Shown: positions 51,638-64,000 of the stretch, in pieces
Layout of the letters: every line of letters starts with the position of its first letter
How positions within the stretch are numbered: the first letter of the stretch is position 1
Assembly (NCBI GenBank): GCA_964016885.1
Contig: OZ024748.1
Location: 29,264,001-29,328,000 of the forward strand
DNA: 64,000 nt
Direction: 5' to 3'
From: Eledone cirrhosa
Taxonomy: Eukaryota
Notes under the pieces: generated by a model
The model's input: the letters and a program-made list of their open reading frames with translations, nothing else
Database searches by the model: none
Told to the model about the DNA's origin: nothing
Position numbers and translations under genes: made by a program

Positions 51638-53707
51638 TTAATTAGGTTTATAATATTTAAATGTTTTTCTTAGTTTATGATTACACGATATAATTAATTC
51701 CTGTCGTTTATTTAATAGGATATCCTTAGATTTCATTATTTCAAATAGTTCTTGGGAACATAATCTACATTCATTTCTATTATTTTGATAAGGGGTGGCT
51801 CTTTTGAGCACACTCCAGGTCATATCATATTCTATATTCTTATTTTTATAACTATTGATTTTTTCTGCTAGAGATGTTGTATTAGCCAGTGCGGCATTTA
51901 AAAAACTATGTTTGTGGGTATTAAACCTTGCCTTAAAATTGTTAGAAGTAGCTCCTATATATGAACAAATAGAATCTTTAGTTTTAACATTACATTTATA
52001 AACTATGTTGTTAACAAGACAATTTCCTTTTAATGGGCAGTTTGCTTTGTTTCTACAGTTACAACCTTTCGTTAATTCTGTATTTGATGAGATATTATGG
52101 TTAGTTTGATGTATTGGTGGTATACTTATGGTATTCTTACATTTATATGCATTATAGGCACTTATATTTTGTTTTATGTTATTTGTTGTTGAGTATGAGA
52201 ATTTAACTGTAGACCTATTTAAGATTTGATGGTATTTGTGGTTTGGCGGGAAGTTTTTCTCTAGGATATAAAAAATTTTTTTAGCAATATTATCCTTAAT
52301 TTGTAAATTAAATGGAGCATTATACCAAGTAACCCGTCTATTACGGTTTCTATGTTGTTTATTATTTTTATAGGTTGTATCGTGATGTTTACTAGGAGGA
52401 TTAATGTTAATGATCTCACCACGCACATTTTTAGTTAGATTTGTAGATTTAGGTGTTTTATCTTGTTTATTAGGAGTTTTATTATTAACATTTATTAGAG
52501 TTGTATGATGAGTAGTTTTTTGAGAGTTACTATACTTTATATTAGAAGAGTTGTTGGTATTTTGGGGTATAGTGTGGGTGGCATTTAGGTGTGTACTTTT
52601 CATTTGGTGTTTGTTGGTAATATTAGGTTGTATGTTTATAGTATTTTTAGTAGAAGGTATATATTCTAATCTATTTTTGTGGCCACTTCTATCTAGAGCT
52701 TCGTTATAGAAGGTCGCATTTTTATCAAATACATCTTGGTTAGAAGAAAGGTTAGAAATTCTAAGTGATATATTATATGCAAGGTTTTTAAGGATAGATT
52801 TAGGGTGATTAGATTGTGAGTGTATGTAGTGTAAGTTTTGGTTGGGTTTATGATAAGGTTGGTAGATACCCGTAGCTAAGTCTAAAGTTATATCTAGGAA
52901 ATTTACTACTTTACTTGTTTTTTCAAAAGTAATATGAAGACTATAATAGTCTTTAAGGAAAGTTCTAATATGCTTTTTGTTTTTTTCTATTTCTGAAATG
53001 CTAAGGTTGTTGGAAAGAAGAAGACAGTCATCACGATATAAACCACCTTTAAGGTGGGGAAAGGAGGCATTTATGTTGAAAAGGAGAAAGAGGCCCACAA
53101 GATCAGTAATTTGGGCGGAATCGCTTGAACCCATAGTAATATCAAATAGATTACTATATGTGTTTCTGGTCCAGTATTCATTCTGAAATTCAATAAGTGT
53201 TAGTCTAGTATGTGTAATAATATTAATGTCATCCAAAGTTAAGTTAGATCTATTTTTAGCAAATATCAATGCTTTGTTCAGGAGTATAGGTGATATAGAA
53301 GAATAGTAATTATCTATATCAAATTGTAGAAATGAAGCAGAAGATTTACATCTAATATTTTTAAACCAGTTAATTACCTGGGAAGTGTTTTCCCAGAGTG
53401 GTAAAATAACGTGTTTTCTTATTTGTGGGATGACTCTATCCAAAATTTTTTTGCTAATTATTCCAATATCAGATTTGGAGGGACATATAAGTCTTATAGA
53501 AGGATTTGAGTTAAAGTTTGATTTATGATCCTTCAGGTTGAAGTGTGGTCTTTTCAATGCCAAAGGTTCAGTTCTATCTTCAATGTTTAGTTTTTTTACT
53601 ATGTTGTGTGTTTTGTTGTTGATGTTGGTGAGTGACGCATTATTAGATTTTTTATAATTTTTCCTGAGTTCTTTATATATGAACTCATTATAATCTTCAA
53701 TATACAT
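51638..53707 (-). CDS. Penelope-like RT + GIY-YIG, 689 uninterrupted codons, N-terminus truncated by the inversion
   Basis: [54 protein letters not shown]. Confidence 0.9.
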   Translation of the reverse strand: MYIEDYNEFIYKELRKNYKKSNNASLTNINNKTHNIVKKLNIEDRTEPLALKRPHFNLKDHKSNFNSNPSIRLICPSKSDIGIISKKILDRVIPQIRKHVILPLWENTSQVINWFKNIRCKSSASFLQFDIDNYYSSISPILLNKALIFAKNRSNLTLDDINIITHTRLTLIEFQNEYWTRNTYSNLFDITMGSSDSAQITDLVGLFLLFNINASFPHLKGGLYRDDCLLLSNNLSISEIEKNKKHIRTFLKDYYSLHITFEKTSKVVNFLDITLDLATGIYQPYHKPNQNLHYIHSQSNHPKSILKNLAYNISLRISNLSSNQDVFDKNATFYNEALDRSGHKNRLEYIPSTKNTINIQPNITNKHQMKSTHLNATHTIPQNTNNSSNIKYSNSQKTTHHTTLINVNNKTPNKQDKTPKSTNLTKNVRGEIININPPSKHHDTTYKNNKQHRNRNRRVTWYNAPFNLQIKDNIAKKIFYILEKNFPPNHKYHQILNRSTVKFSYSTTNNIKQNISAYNAYKCKNTISIPPIHQTNHNISSNTELTKGCNCRNKANCPLKGNCLVNNIVYKCNVKTKDSICSYIGATSNNFKARFNTHKHSFLNAALANTTSLAEKINSYKNKNIEYDMTWSVLKRATPYQNNRNECRLCSQELFEIMKSKDILLNKRQELIISCNHKLRKTFKYYKPN

Positions 53708-53848
53708 GTGATACTTTTTTTATATATATATGTATATGTATATGTATATGTATGTATGTATATATATATATATATATGTGTATGTATATATATATATGTA
53801 TGTGACTGTGTGTATATATATATATATATGTATATGTATATGTGTATG

Positions 53849-53903
<55 letters not shown>

Positions 53904-53939
53904 AGTTGATGTGTGTATGTGTGTATATATATATGTATG

Positions 53940-53976
<37 letters not shown>

Positions 53977-54119
53977 ATATATATGTGTGTGTATGTGTAT
54001 GTATATGTATATGTATGTGTGTGCATATTTGTCTGACTGTGTGTATTAATTTATTTATTTATTTATTTATTTTATTTATTTATTTTTTATATATATGTAT
54101 GTATGTGTGTATATGTATG

Positions 54120-54188
<69 letters not shown>

Positions 54189-54474
54189 GTATGTGTGTAT
54201 GTGTGTGTATATATATGTATGTGTGTATGTATATGTATGTATGTGTGTTTGCGTGTGTACGTGTGTATATATTTATATGTGTATATGTATCTCTATTTAT
54301 ATATGTATATATGTGTATGTATATCTCTTTGTTTATGTATGTCTGAGTTGTGTGAGCGTGTGGTGGTGTTTGTATGTATATACGCATACATGGATGTGTA
54401 TGTATGTGTGTATATATATCTTTATATATGTGTATGTGTACGTGTGTGTATGTATGTGTGTGTATATATATATA

Positions 54475-54507
<33 letters not shown>

Positions 54508-54543
54508 GTGTATGTGTGTATATATGTATATATATGTATGTGT

Positions 54544-54597
<54 letters not shown>

Positions 54598-54664
54598 GTG
54601 GGTATGTATGTGTATGTGTGTATATACATGAGTGTGTGTATATATGTGTGTAGATATGTGTATG

Positions 54665-54767
<103 letters not shown>

Positions 54768-55728
54768 TGTGAATGTATATATATATATATATGTATGCGT
54801 GTATGTGTGTATATATATATATATATATGTGTGTATGTGTGTATATGTCTATGTATTTATATGTGTATACGTATGTGTCTCTATATGTATGCGTGTGTGT
54901 ATGTGTATGCGTATTTATATGGTGTGTGTATGTATATGTATGTGTATGTATGTGTTTATGTATATGTGTATGTATGTGTATGTATATATATGTATATATA
55001 TATATATGTGTATATATATATATATATATATGTATATGTATGTATATCGATGTATATTTTATATTTTACTTGTTTATATATGTATATGTATGTGTATATG
55101 TATGTGTGTGTATGTATATATATATATATTTTCTTGATATATTTCTTTTTTCTTTTTATTTTCTTTTTATTTCTAAATTTATAGATACATTTATAAATAG
55201 GCAGTCTGTTGACACCGGTGAATACTGACCTCTTCCCCCCCCCCCCACCTAATTTCTGTATCTGGATCTAAATATGTGTGGCAGTGTTTATGTGCGCGCA
55301 TTAATGTCCATATGCTTATGATAATACTATATACACATATATATGTATGTGGGGGTGTGTGTGTGTATGTATGTTCGTGGTTGTGTGTATGTTTATGCGT
55401 ATACGCGCGTGTGTGTGTGAATGTACGTATATGTGTGAGTATATGAATGTGTGTGTATATTTGTTTTTATATTTATATGTGTATGCGTGTTTTATCTGTA
55501 GATTATAGACATACAGAGACATTAGCCTTGAATTTTTGTATTTACATACATCTTTTTGGCATGCGTATGCATGTGAACATATATCTTTATGCATATCAGT
55601 GAACGAAGTTAATTACATATATACACACACCTAACTGTATAAACTTTTTGTATTTTCATTGGTCAATTTGAACTCTGTTCCCAAACAGACCTGTAATTTT
55701 GAATTGTTGTTATTATCAATAAATATAT

Positions 55729-55882
55729 TTCATTATTTCTGAAGACGGCATATATATGTGTTGGTATGTATATTTAATCTTGATAGTTTGTATAATTTTG
55801 TATAATTTTGTACATAGATCTGTTGAATATGCATGCCAATTCTAACACATATATATCCTAGAAACGATCGTTAAATAATGAA
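55729..55882 (+). ncRNA. Hammerhead ribozyme with 115-nt stem II
   Basis: TTCATTATTT CTGAAGA [115 nt self-complementary] GAAA CGATCG TT AAATAATGAA; 10-bp perfect stem I, palindromic stem III. Confidence 0.8.
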
Positions 55883-56080
55883 CTTTTTTTGTTTAATATA
55901 AGGAACTGTTTCATTGTTTTATTCATTATTTTTTTAATATTTTATCTTGACTCTGTATTCCGTTTATCTTTCACCGAAAGTGATATTTCATTGCATCTCT
56001 TCTTTCCATGATATCCGGATTACATTGAGTTCTTCATACGGATTGGACACTACCGTAAACTCTTGGTAGATTTATCTACA

Positions 56081-56373
56081 TATATATATATATAATATAT
56101 ATATATTTTATATATATATATATATTATATATATATATATGTATTATATATATATTATATATATATATATATATTATATATTATATATATATATTATATA
56201 TATATATATTATATATATTATATATATATATATTATTTATATATATATATAAATAATATATATATATATAATATATATATATATATAATATATATATATA
56301 TATAATATATATATATAATATATATATATAATATATATATATAATATATATATATAATACATATATATATATA

Positions 56374-56405
<32 letters not shown>

Positions 56406-56594
56406 ATATATTATATATATATATATTATATATATATATATATATTATATATATATATATTATATATATATATATTATTTATATATATATATATTATATA
56501 TATATATATATATTATATATATATATATTATATATATATATTATATATATATATATTATTTATATATATATATTATATATATATTATATATATA

Positions 56595-56645
<51 letters not shown>

Positions 56646-56674
56646 ATATAATATATATTATATATATATATATA

Positions 56675-56715
<41 letters not shown>

Positions 56716-56735
56716 TATATATATATATATATTAT
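56081..56735. repeat. (TA)n-rich microsatellite; similar tracts at 31890-32055, 35197-35935, 37725-38402, 40470-40600, 40940-41110
   Basis: Direct reading. Confidence 0.95.
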
Positions 56736-56989
56736 AAGGTCAACAGTTGACATGATATTGATTTTGATTTTGATTTTGTATTTGTATCAGTACTGTCGGT
56801 AATATATATATATGTGTGTGTGTGTTTGTGAGTGGTGTGTGTGATTGTATGCATGAATGAGTGTTGGTATGTGAGTGGCGTGTGTGTGGTTGTGGTTTGT
56901 ATGCATGAGTGTTGGTGTGTGAGTGTGTGTGTGTGCGTCATGTCAATAAGTTTTTTTTTTTTATTTTTTTTTTTTTTATGACCATGCTG

Positions 56990-59900
56990 TAAAATGGAGG
57001 GGTAGAGAGGGCCCTTGAGTCTAGTAAGACATCCTCTCTAGTGCTGGTGGCATAAATAAAAGCACCCAGTCCATGCTGTAAAGTGGCGCTGGTGTTAGGA
57101 AGGGCATCCAACCAGTGTATCAATGCCAAAACGCTTATCAGCACAGCAACAAATAGGAACAACAAAATATGAAGACGTCGCATCTCAGAGTTGCAACACT
57201 TAATGTTGGCACTCTCAGAGGTAGATCTGCTGAAATAGCGGAGATGCTGGAGAGAAGGCAGGTGGATGTGTGCTGCGTGCAAGAGGTGAGATGGAGAGAT
57301 GCCTCTGCGAGACTAGTCGTAGGCAAACGTCTTAGCTATAAGCTATTCTGGGTAGGTAAGGATGATGGGTTAGGGGGAGTAGGCATTTTCCTGGCTGAGA
57401 AATGGATCAATAAGACAATAGATGTAGTTCGAGTTAGTAATCGAATAATTAAGCTTAGATTAGTTGTAGGTAGGAGACTACTGACAATCATCTCGGCCTA
57501 TGCTCCCCAAGCAGGCCTAGGCAAAGATGAGAAAGACTGCTTTTATGAGCAACTTTTGCAAACAACCGCAATGACAGAGGACGGAGACATCGTTATGCTA
57601 GCAGGAGACTTCAATGGTCATGTTGGACAGCTCCAGGATGGTTACACTAGGGTACATGGTGGGCACGGTTATGGTTCAAGAAATGAAGAAGGAGTGAGAC
57701 TTCTTGAATTTTGTGATGCAGGTACATTGACTATTTGCAACACAAACTTCCAGAAACCTGCCAATCACCTAATAACCTACAAATCTGGTGAGCACATAAG
57801 CCAGATTGACTTCCTACTAGTTAGGCAGCGGGACAGGCAGATAGTGTCTAATACCAAGGCATACCCTGGGGAAGAATGTACCCCACAGCATAGGTTAGTT
57901 GTTAGTGATATCTCAGTAAGCAAGAGATGGAATGAGACATATAGGAAGGTGTGGAGAAGAAAGGTCTGGAAGCTAAAAGACCTTTCACTAAAATACAAAT
58001 TTAGGAAAGCCCTTCAAGATGTATATGACGAAAAAGAAGACGATTTAGAGACGTATGACATAGATAATAACTGGAATTTCTTACGTGACAACTTGCTGCA
58101 GGCTACTGATGAAACTTGTGGCTGGAGCAGAGCTCCAACCAGACAGAGAATGACCTGGTGGTGGAACAGCACAGTAGATAAGGCTATTAGAGACAAAAGA
58201 CTAGCATGGAAGGCTTGGAAAAAGGGTGGGAGTAGGGAAGAATATACAGCCACTAAGAGAGAAGCTAGACGTCAGGTGTACTTAGCACGCAGGGAGGCAG
58301 AGAGTAGGAGGTTTGCCAATGTTCTGCGACGGGAAGATCAGAGGCGTGCGGTGTTCCAGATTGCAAGGTAGTGTGTCAAAGCAAATCAGGATGTTGTTGG
58401 AGATAAATGTGTCCGGGATGATGCCGGTGTACTTAGTGTCACGAATGATCAGAAAAAGGAGGCCTGGAAATGTCATTATGAGAGACTGATGAATGTGGAG
58501 AACAAATGGGAGAGAGAGAAATTACCCTTGGTAGATCCGACAGAGGGACCAGCTATTGAGATTGATGAATATAGGGTCCAAGAGGCGATTAGGGAAATGA
58601 AAAATGGTAAGGCTGCCGGACCATCGGGAATAGTTGCTGAGATGCTGAAGGCATCAGGGGACGTAGGCACTAAACTGGTTGCACGCATCATCAATCAGGC
58701 TATATTTGGTGGTGTCATACCCAAAGACTGGTGCAGCAGTATTCTCATAAATTGCTACAAAGGTAAAGGGGATGCTTTGGAGAGGAGCAATTATAGGAGT
58801 ATAAAACTGATAAATCAGGTTATGAAAGTGGCAGAAAGGATTTTAGCACAACTAATTAGAGAAAGGGTCAAACTAGATGAGATGCAGTTTGGTTTTTGTG
58901 CCTGGGAAGAGTACAACAGATGCCCTCTTCTTGGTGGGACAATTGCAAGAGAGGTTCTTAGAAAAGAATAAGCCACTATACTTAGCCTTTGTTGACCTAG
59001 AGAAGGCCTTTGATAGGGTACCCCGATCTGTCATCTGGTGGTCCCTAAGGAAGCTAGGTGTTGAGGAATGGCTTGTGAGGATAGTGCAAACTTTGTACAG
59101 AGGCACTCTCAGTAAAGTCAGGGTAGGAATGGAGTTTAGTGAGGAATTCCAGATACAAGTAGGAGTACATCAGGGTTCGGTCCTCAGCCCGCTCTTGTTC
59201 ATTATAGTCCTCCAAGCCATAACAAAGGAGTTTAAGACTGGCTGTCCATGGGAACTTCTCTATGCTGACGATCTGGTTCTTATAGCAGAATCAGTAGAAG
59301 AGCTAGAGAATAAATTCTGGCTATGGAAACAGCAGTTGGAAGCAAGAGGACTGAGAGTGAATCTAGCTAAGACAAAAGTGTTGATGAGTAGAAAAGAGGA
59401 CAAAACCCTGATTCCATCAGGGAAATGGCCATGTTCGATATGCAGAAAAGGAACTGGCATAAATTCAATAAAATGCACACAATGCAGATCCTGGGTACAC
59501 AAGAGATGTACCGGGATAGCAAGCAAACTAACAGGTAGGGAGAAATATGTATGCAGTAGATGTACAGGGAAATTAGACAGTAGAAGTCGCATTGATAGAC
59601 ACATTTTTCAAATGCAGGAGGGCGCTATAGAAGTGGTGGATAGCTTCCGGTACCTAGGAGATCAGTTTAGCATGGAAGGAGGGTGTTCCGAGGCCATAGT
59701 ATCTAGAATAAGGACGGGTTGGAAGAAGTTTAGGGAGCTGCTTCCTCTGTTGACGAAGAAGGGTTTCTCCCTGCGTACGAAAGGCCGGTTGTATGATGCC
59801 TGTGTGAGGAGCGCGATGCTGCATGGTAGTGAGACATGGGCAGCAACTGCAGAGGATATGCGACGGCTGGAGAGAAATGAGGCAAGCATGCTCCGTTGGA

Positions 59901-60266
59901 TGTGCAGTGTAAATGTGTGTGAACGACCCAGCATAAATGTGTTGAGAGAGAAACTGTGTCTGAGAGGGATAGAATGTAGTGTACGGGAGAGGAGACTGAG
60001 GTGGTATGGACATGTGATGCGCATGGAGGATGACCGATGGGTGAAGAAGTGCCAGGAATTGCCAGTTGAAGGAAGACGTGGTAGAGGTAGACCACGAAAA
60101 ACATAGGTGGAGGTGGTGAGAACAGACCCCAGATCATTGAAGCTCACGGTGGAGATGACGAGGGACCGTGACGAGTGGAGAGATGCTGTGCTGAATAAGA
60201 CCCGTCCCACCCTTGCAAGCAGGGAAAAGCGGACGTAAAATGATGATGATGATGATGATGATGATG
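56990..60266 (+). mobile_element. Full-length RTE LINE with few lesions
   Basis: APE ORF 57169-58371 ends at an internal TAG, frameshift ~58895, RT to TAG 60106; (ATG)n tail at 60240-60266. Confidence 0.95.
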
Positions 60267-61640
60267 ACAACAATAAAATACTAAATACTAAATCTCTTCC
60301 TTCCAACACTGAATATCATAATAATAGTAATAGTACTCCCGACATCATTGTTAACTCTAGGCTAATTTCTGCAAACCCAAATACGTCAAATGCAACTTCG
60401 TTAAATGTTCTTAATCCCATTCTAAATCAAGAAACTATTATTCCTATCGTAAATAACTTCTCCAATCCAATTCCTTCTATAGATAACACTAGGTCACTTG
60501 TTAATAACTCTGTTAATTTCTCTAATCGCAATTGTAATTGCCCTGTTAAAAATAAATGTCCTCTCATCAACCATTGTCTTGAAAAAAACTTAATCTACGA
60601 ATGTAAAGTTATAACTGACACCAATTCCTTTACCTATTTTGGCTCCACTTCCACCTCCTTTAAAGCTCGTTTTTATAATCATCATTCGTCTTTTAAATAC
60701 CAACTTAAAAGAACCAACACGGCACTCTCAGAACTCATATGGTCCTTGAAAGACAAAAATATTAACTATAACATCTCTTGGAAGAAGGTTTGTTCTGCTT
60801 CTCCATACTTGAATAGTTCTCTATCCAAGACATGCAATCTCTGTTTATGTGAAAAATTTACCATTATATCTAATTTAGATTCTATAATAAATAGACTCAC
60901 TGACTTGTTTTCTCTCTGCTTGCATAAATTCCACAGAACATTCCATAAAGTATACAGCTAATATCTAATACTTTACCAATTTAAAATCCTTTTCTCAAAG
61001 GCACATATATATATATACATATATATTTCTTTAAAAATATACCCATCTTTTTACCTTATTTCAATGTTATTTATTATACATTATATAATACTAGTTACTC
61101 ATTCTATATCACTCCTATTTATCACTTCCCTTTCTTTCTTTTTTCCTTTTTTCTTTTCTTTTTTCTTTTAATTTCTAACCTCTAATCTGTACCTTTTCTT
61201 CCTAGATACTTCTCAATTCTCATTATATATCCTTACTTTATATGACCTTGAAAAATCCTTCGTAAACATAAACATTTTTTTTACATTAGATTATTCATCC
61301 TCAATTCATTATTTTTTTCTCCCTTTCATGCTCATCTAACTTATACATATTACACTTATTCATCCACTCTTCTACTTCTTTTCACAATAAATCCTTAATT
61401 ACATTACTATTGTTATATTTTTATATTTTTTAATAATACATATCAACAATTTCTTTCCATCGCACATATTATTAAACCCTTAAATATTATTCTTAATACA
61501 TATTAACAATTTCTTTTCATCACACATATTATTAAACCCTTCAATATACAAACCTTAATTTAACATTATTCTAAAATTTTTCTCTTCATTAATTTTCAAA
61601 TTCTTTTAATATATATATTATCTTCCAACGGTTTTTTAAC
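60267..61640 (+). mobile_element. 3' fragment of a Penelope-like element (GIY-YIG + UTR)
   Basis: Open frame NCNCPVKNKCPLINHC..LIYEC..YFGSTSTSFKARFYNHHSSF..CNLCLCEK..CLH ending 60961. Confidence 0.85.
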
Positions 61641-61647
61641 CTCTCTA

Positions 61648-64000
61648 TCATCATCATCATCATCATCATCATTGTTTAACGTCCATGTTCCACGCTTGCA
61701 TGGGTTTGGACGGGAGTTTTCCCACTTGAGTCAAGAGTGGTTGTCATTGCTCGCATAGGACTGTCTGGCGGGTTTTCTACAGCTGGATGCCCTTCCTAAC
61801 ACCAACCACAAATACAGTGTGGGGCTGGGAGGTTTTTACCGTGTTGCCTACACAGCCACATTACAGCGTGGACTGTGTGTTTTTTTGTCGTGACACCTAC
61901 ACGATCTCATTTGTTTCGGCCTGGATGTTGTGGCACCAACATAACTTTACATTGAAAGGGGTGGTGTGGATGGGGTTGGGGTGGTGGGACGGGGGTGTAT
62001 TTTGTTAGAGATGCCTACTGAGTGTAGTAGGTTTTACTTTGTATTTAGGTAAGGCGGGTCTTCTCTATTACTGAGTACCGCCAAAGGTCTCGGTCCAGTG
62101 ACATTGTCTTGGAGAGGTGTAAGTGTGTGAGGTCGGAATTTATCAGCTTGTCCCAGGTTTTTCTGAGTCTGCCTACTCCGTGGCTACCGTCTATCTTTAT
62201 TGCCCTGCACTTTGTTATACAGCTGTCGTCTTTCATGCGCACCACGTGACCATACCAACGTAGCCTTCTCTCGAGTAAACAACATCTGATCCCTCTTATT
62301 TCTAATTTTTTCCTTAGTTCGTTTATGCTTTGCCGTTCACGTATATTACTATTGCACATCCAGCGGAGCATGCAAGCTTCGTCCCTCTCTAGTCTGCGTA
62401 TATCCTCTGCACACAATGCCCAGGTCTCACTGCCATGCAACATTGCTGTTCGTATGCAGGCATCATACAACCTGCCTTTCATTTTTAGGGAGAACTCTTT
62501 AGTGGCTAATAGTGGTATAAGCTCTCTGAACTTTTTCCATCCAGTTCTGACTCTAGCTACTGTACTTTCAGAGCACCCTCCCCCACTGCTGATTTTGTCA
62601 CCCAGGTAATGGAAGCTGTCCACTAGTTCTATAGAACCCTCTCCACAATTGAAAGAGCTAGTATTTTGTGGGCATTTGCTGCTACTTATTGCACCAGAGC
62701 ACTGGCCACATGTAAAATCTATGTTCTTAGTTAGCTTACCTGTGATCCCACTACATCTTTTATGCGCCCATACTTTGCATTTGGGACATAAAATGGAGTT
62801 TCTACCTACGCCTTTCCTACACACCAAGCATGGCCATTTCCCGGAAGGGACCGGCACCTTATTTTCTTTCCTACAAACTAGAACTTTAGTCTTAGCCAGG
62901 TTAATTTTAAGGCCTTTTGATTCTAGGCCGTGCTTCCATGTTTGGAATTTCTTCTCTAGCTCGGCCATTGATTCAGCTATGAGCGTTAGGAGTTCCCATG
63001 GGCAGCCGGTCTTGAACTCCTCTGTTATAGCCTGAAGGGCAATAATAAATAGTAGGGGACTAAGAACAGAGCCTTGATGGACACCAACTTTTACGCTAAA
63101 CTCTTCACTATATTCGTTGTTATTTCTAACCTTGCTGACTGTTTCTTTATACATGGCTTGTATAGCTCTCACAAGCCATTCGTTAACACCTAGTTTTCTA
63201 AGAGCCCACCAGATAATGGAACGGGGGACTCTGTCGAAGGCTTTCTCCAAGTCGACAAAAGCTAAATATAGGGGTTTACTTTTAGCTAGGTACTTCTCCT
63301 GTAGTTGTCGTACAATGAAAAGAGCGTCTGTGGTACTTTTGCCTGACACAAACCCGAACTGCATTTCATCTAGATCAATTCTCTCTCTATTACTTTTTCC
63401 GTGACCTTCATGACCTGGTCAATTAATTTAATGCCTCTATAGTTACTCCTATCTAGGGCGTCTCCTTTACCCTTGTAACAGTTAACGATGATGCTGCTAC
63501 GCCAGTCCTTCGGAACAACCCCATTCTGTATGACTTGGTTTACTATCCGGGTGACCATGGTGTGTCCCACCGTTCCAGAGGCTTTCAGCATCTCAGCAAC
63601 TATTTCCGAAGGCCCAGCCGCCTTACCCGTCTTCATATCTTTGATTGCCTTACTTATTATACTACCTTCGACTAACACTGCTGGTCCCTCTATTGGGTCG
63701 ATGTGGGGGAGACTGTCTTTCTCCCATTTATTCTCCTCATTTAGTAGCCTTTCGTAGTGACACCTCCAAGCTACCTTCTTATCAGCGTCAGTGATGGCAA
63801 GTACGCCATCATCGTTAAGTACACACTTCTCCCCGACAATATCACGGTTTTCCTTGACACATTGCCTAGCAATCCTGAACACCTCACATTTTTGGTCCTC
63901 GCGTTGTAGAACATGCTTGAACTTTCTTTCCTCTGCTTCCCTTCTTGCGAAGTACACTTGTCTCCTAGCTTCCCTCCTGGCCACTTGATAGTCTTCTCTA
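61648..64000 (-). mobile_element. RTE LINE running off the window end
   Basis: ORFs 63370-63984 and 62045-63364; YADD segment deleted (WELLTLIAES); 3' UTR + (ATG)n tail. Confidence 0.95.

Noticed and set aside
42724-53707. Selenoprotein-type Penelope/Naiad elements (UGA recoding, SECIS)
   Set aside because: Conserved Cys positions translate as Cys, the 689-codon frame has no internal UGA, and the UGAU..AGAU hairpin in stem II does not fit SECIS geometry.

Overview
AT-rich eukaryotic DNA, most likely an octopod cephalopod (inferred from the SINE/RTE repertoire and (TA)n/(CA)n seas). Left third: the 3' part of a spliced SAFB/SLTM-like gene on + (11 exons read by eye, RRM to stop, 2668-17541). 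It carries a tandemly duplicated 96-nt exon and a pentapeptide repeat. A second SAFB-like start follows in tandem (SAP-domain exon at 20402 plus mini-exons) behind a strong CTCF-like motif. Introns hold a full-length piggyBac, a mariner, RTE/CRE fragments, SINEs and ~35-bp minisatellites. Right two-thirds: a nested retroelement field in microsatellites, with near-full RTE LINEs, a CR1-like RT, and four Penelope-like elements (RT + GIY-YIG) or fragments; the two large ones have pseudo-LTRs/inverted repeats carrying hammerhead ribozymes. Most striking: (1) a Penelope-derived foldback at 37268-37549 whose arm mismatches are almost all of one polarity (UA>UG on the element strand), as expected if ADAR-hyperedited RNA was retrotransposed; (2) hammerheads with a 115-nt stem II; (3) a perfect 153-bp palindrome holding two inverted hammerheads; (4) microsatellite-like tracts that are copied as element cargo. 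All coordinates were read manually; no database search was run.
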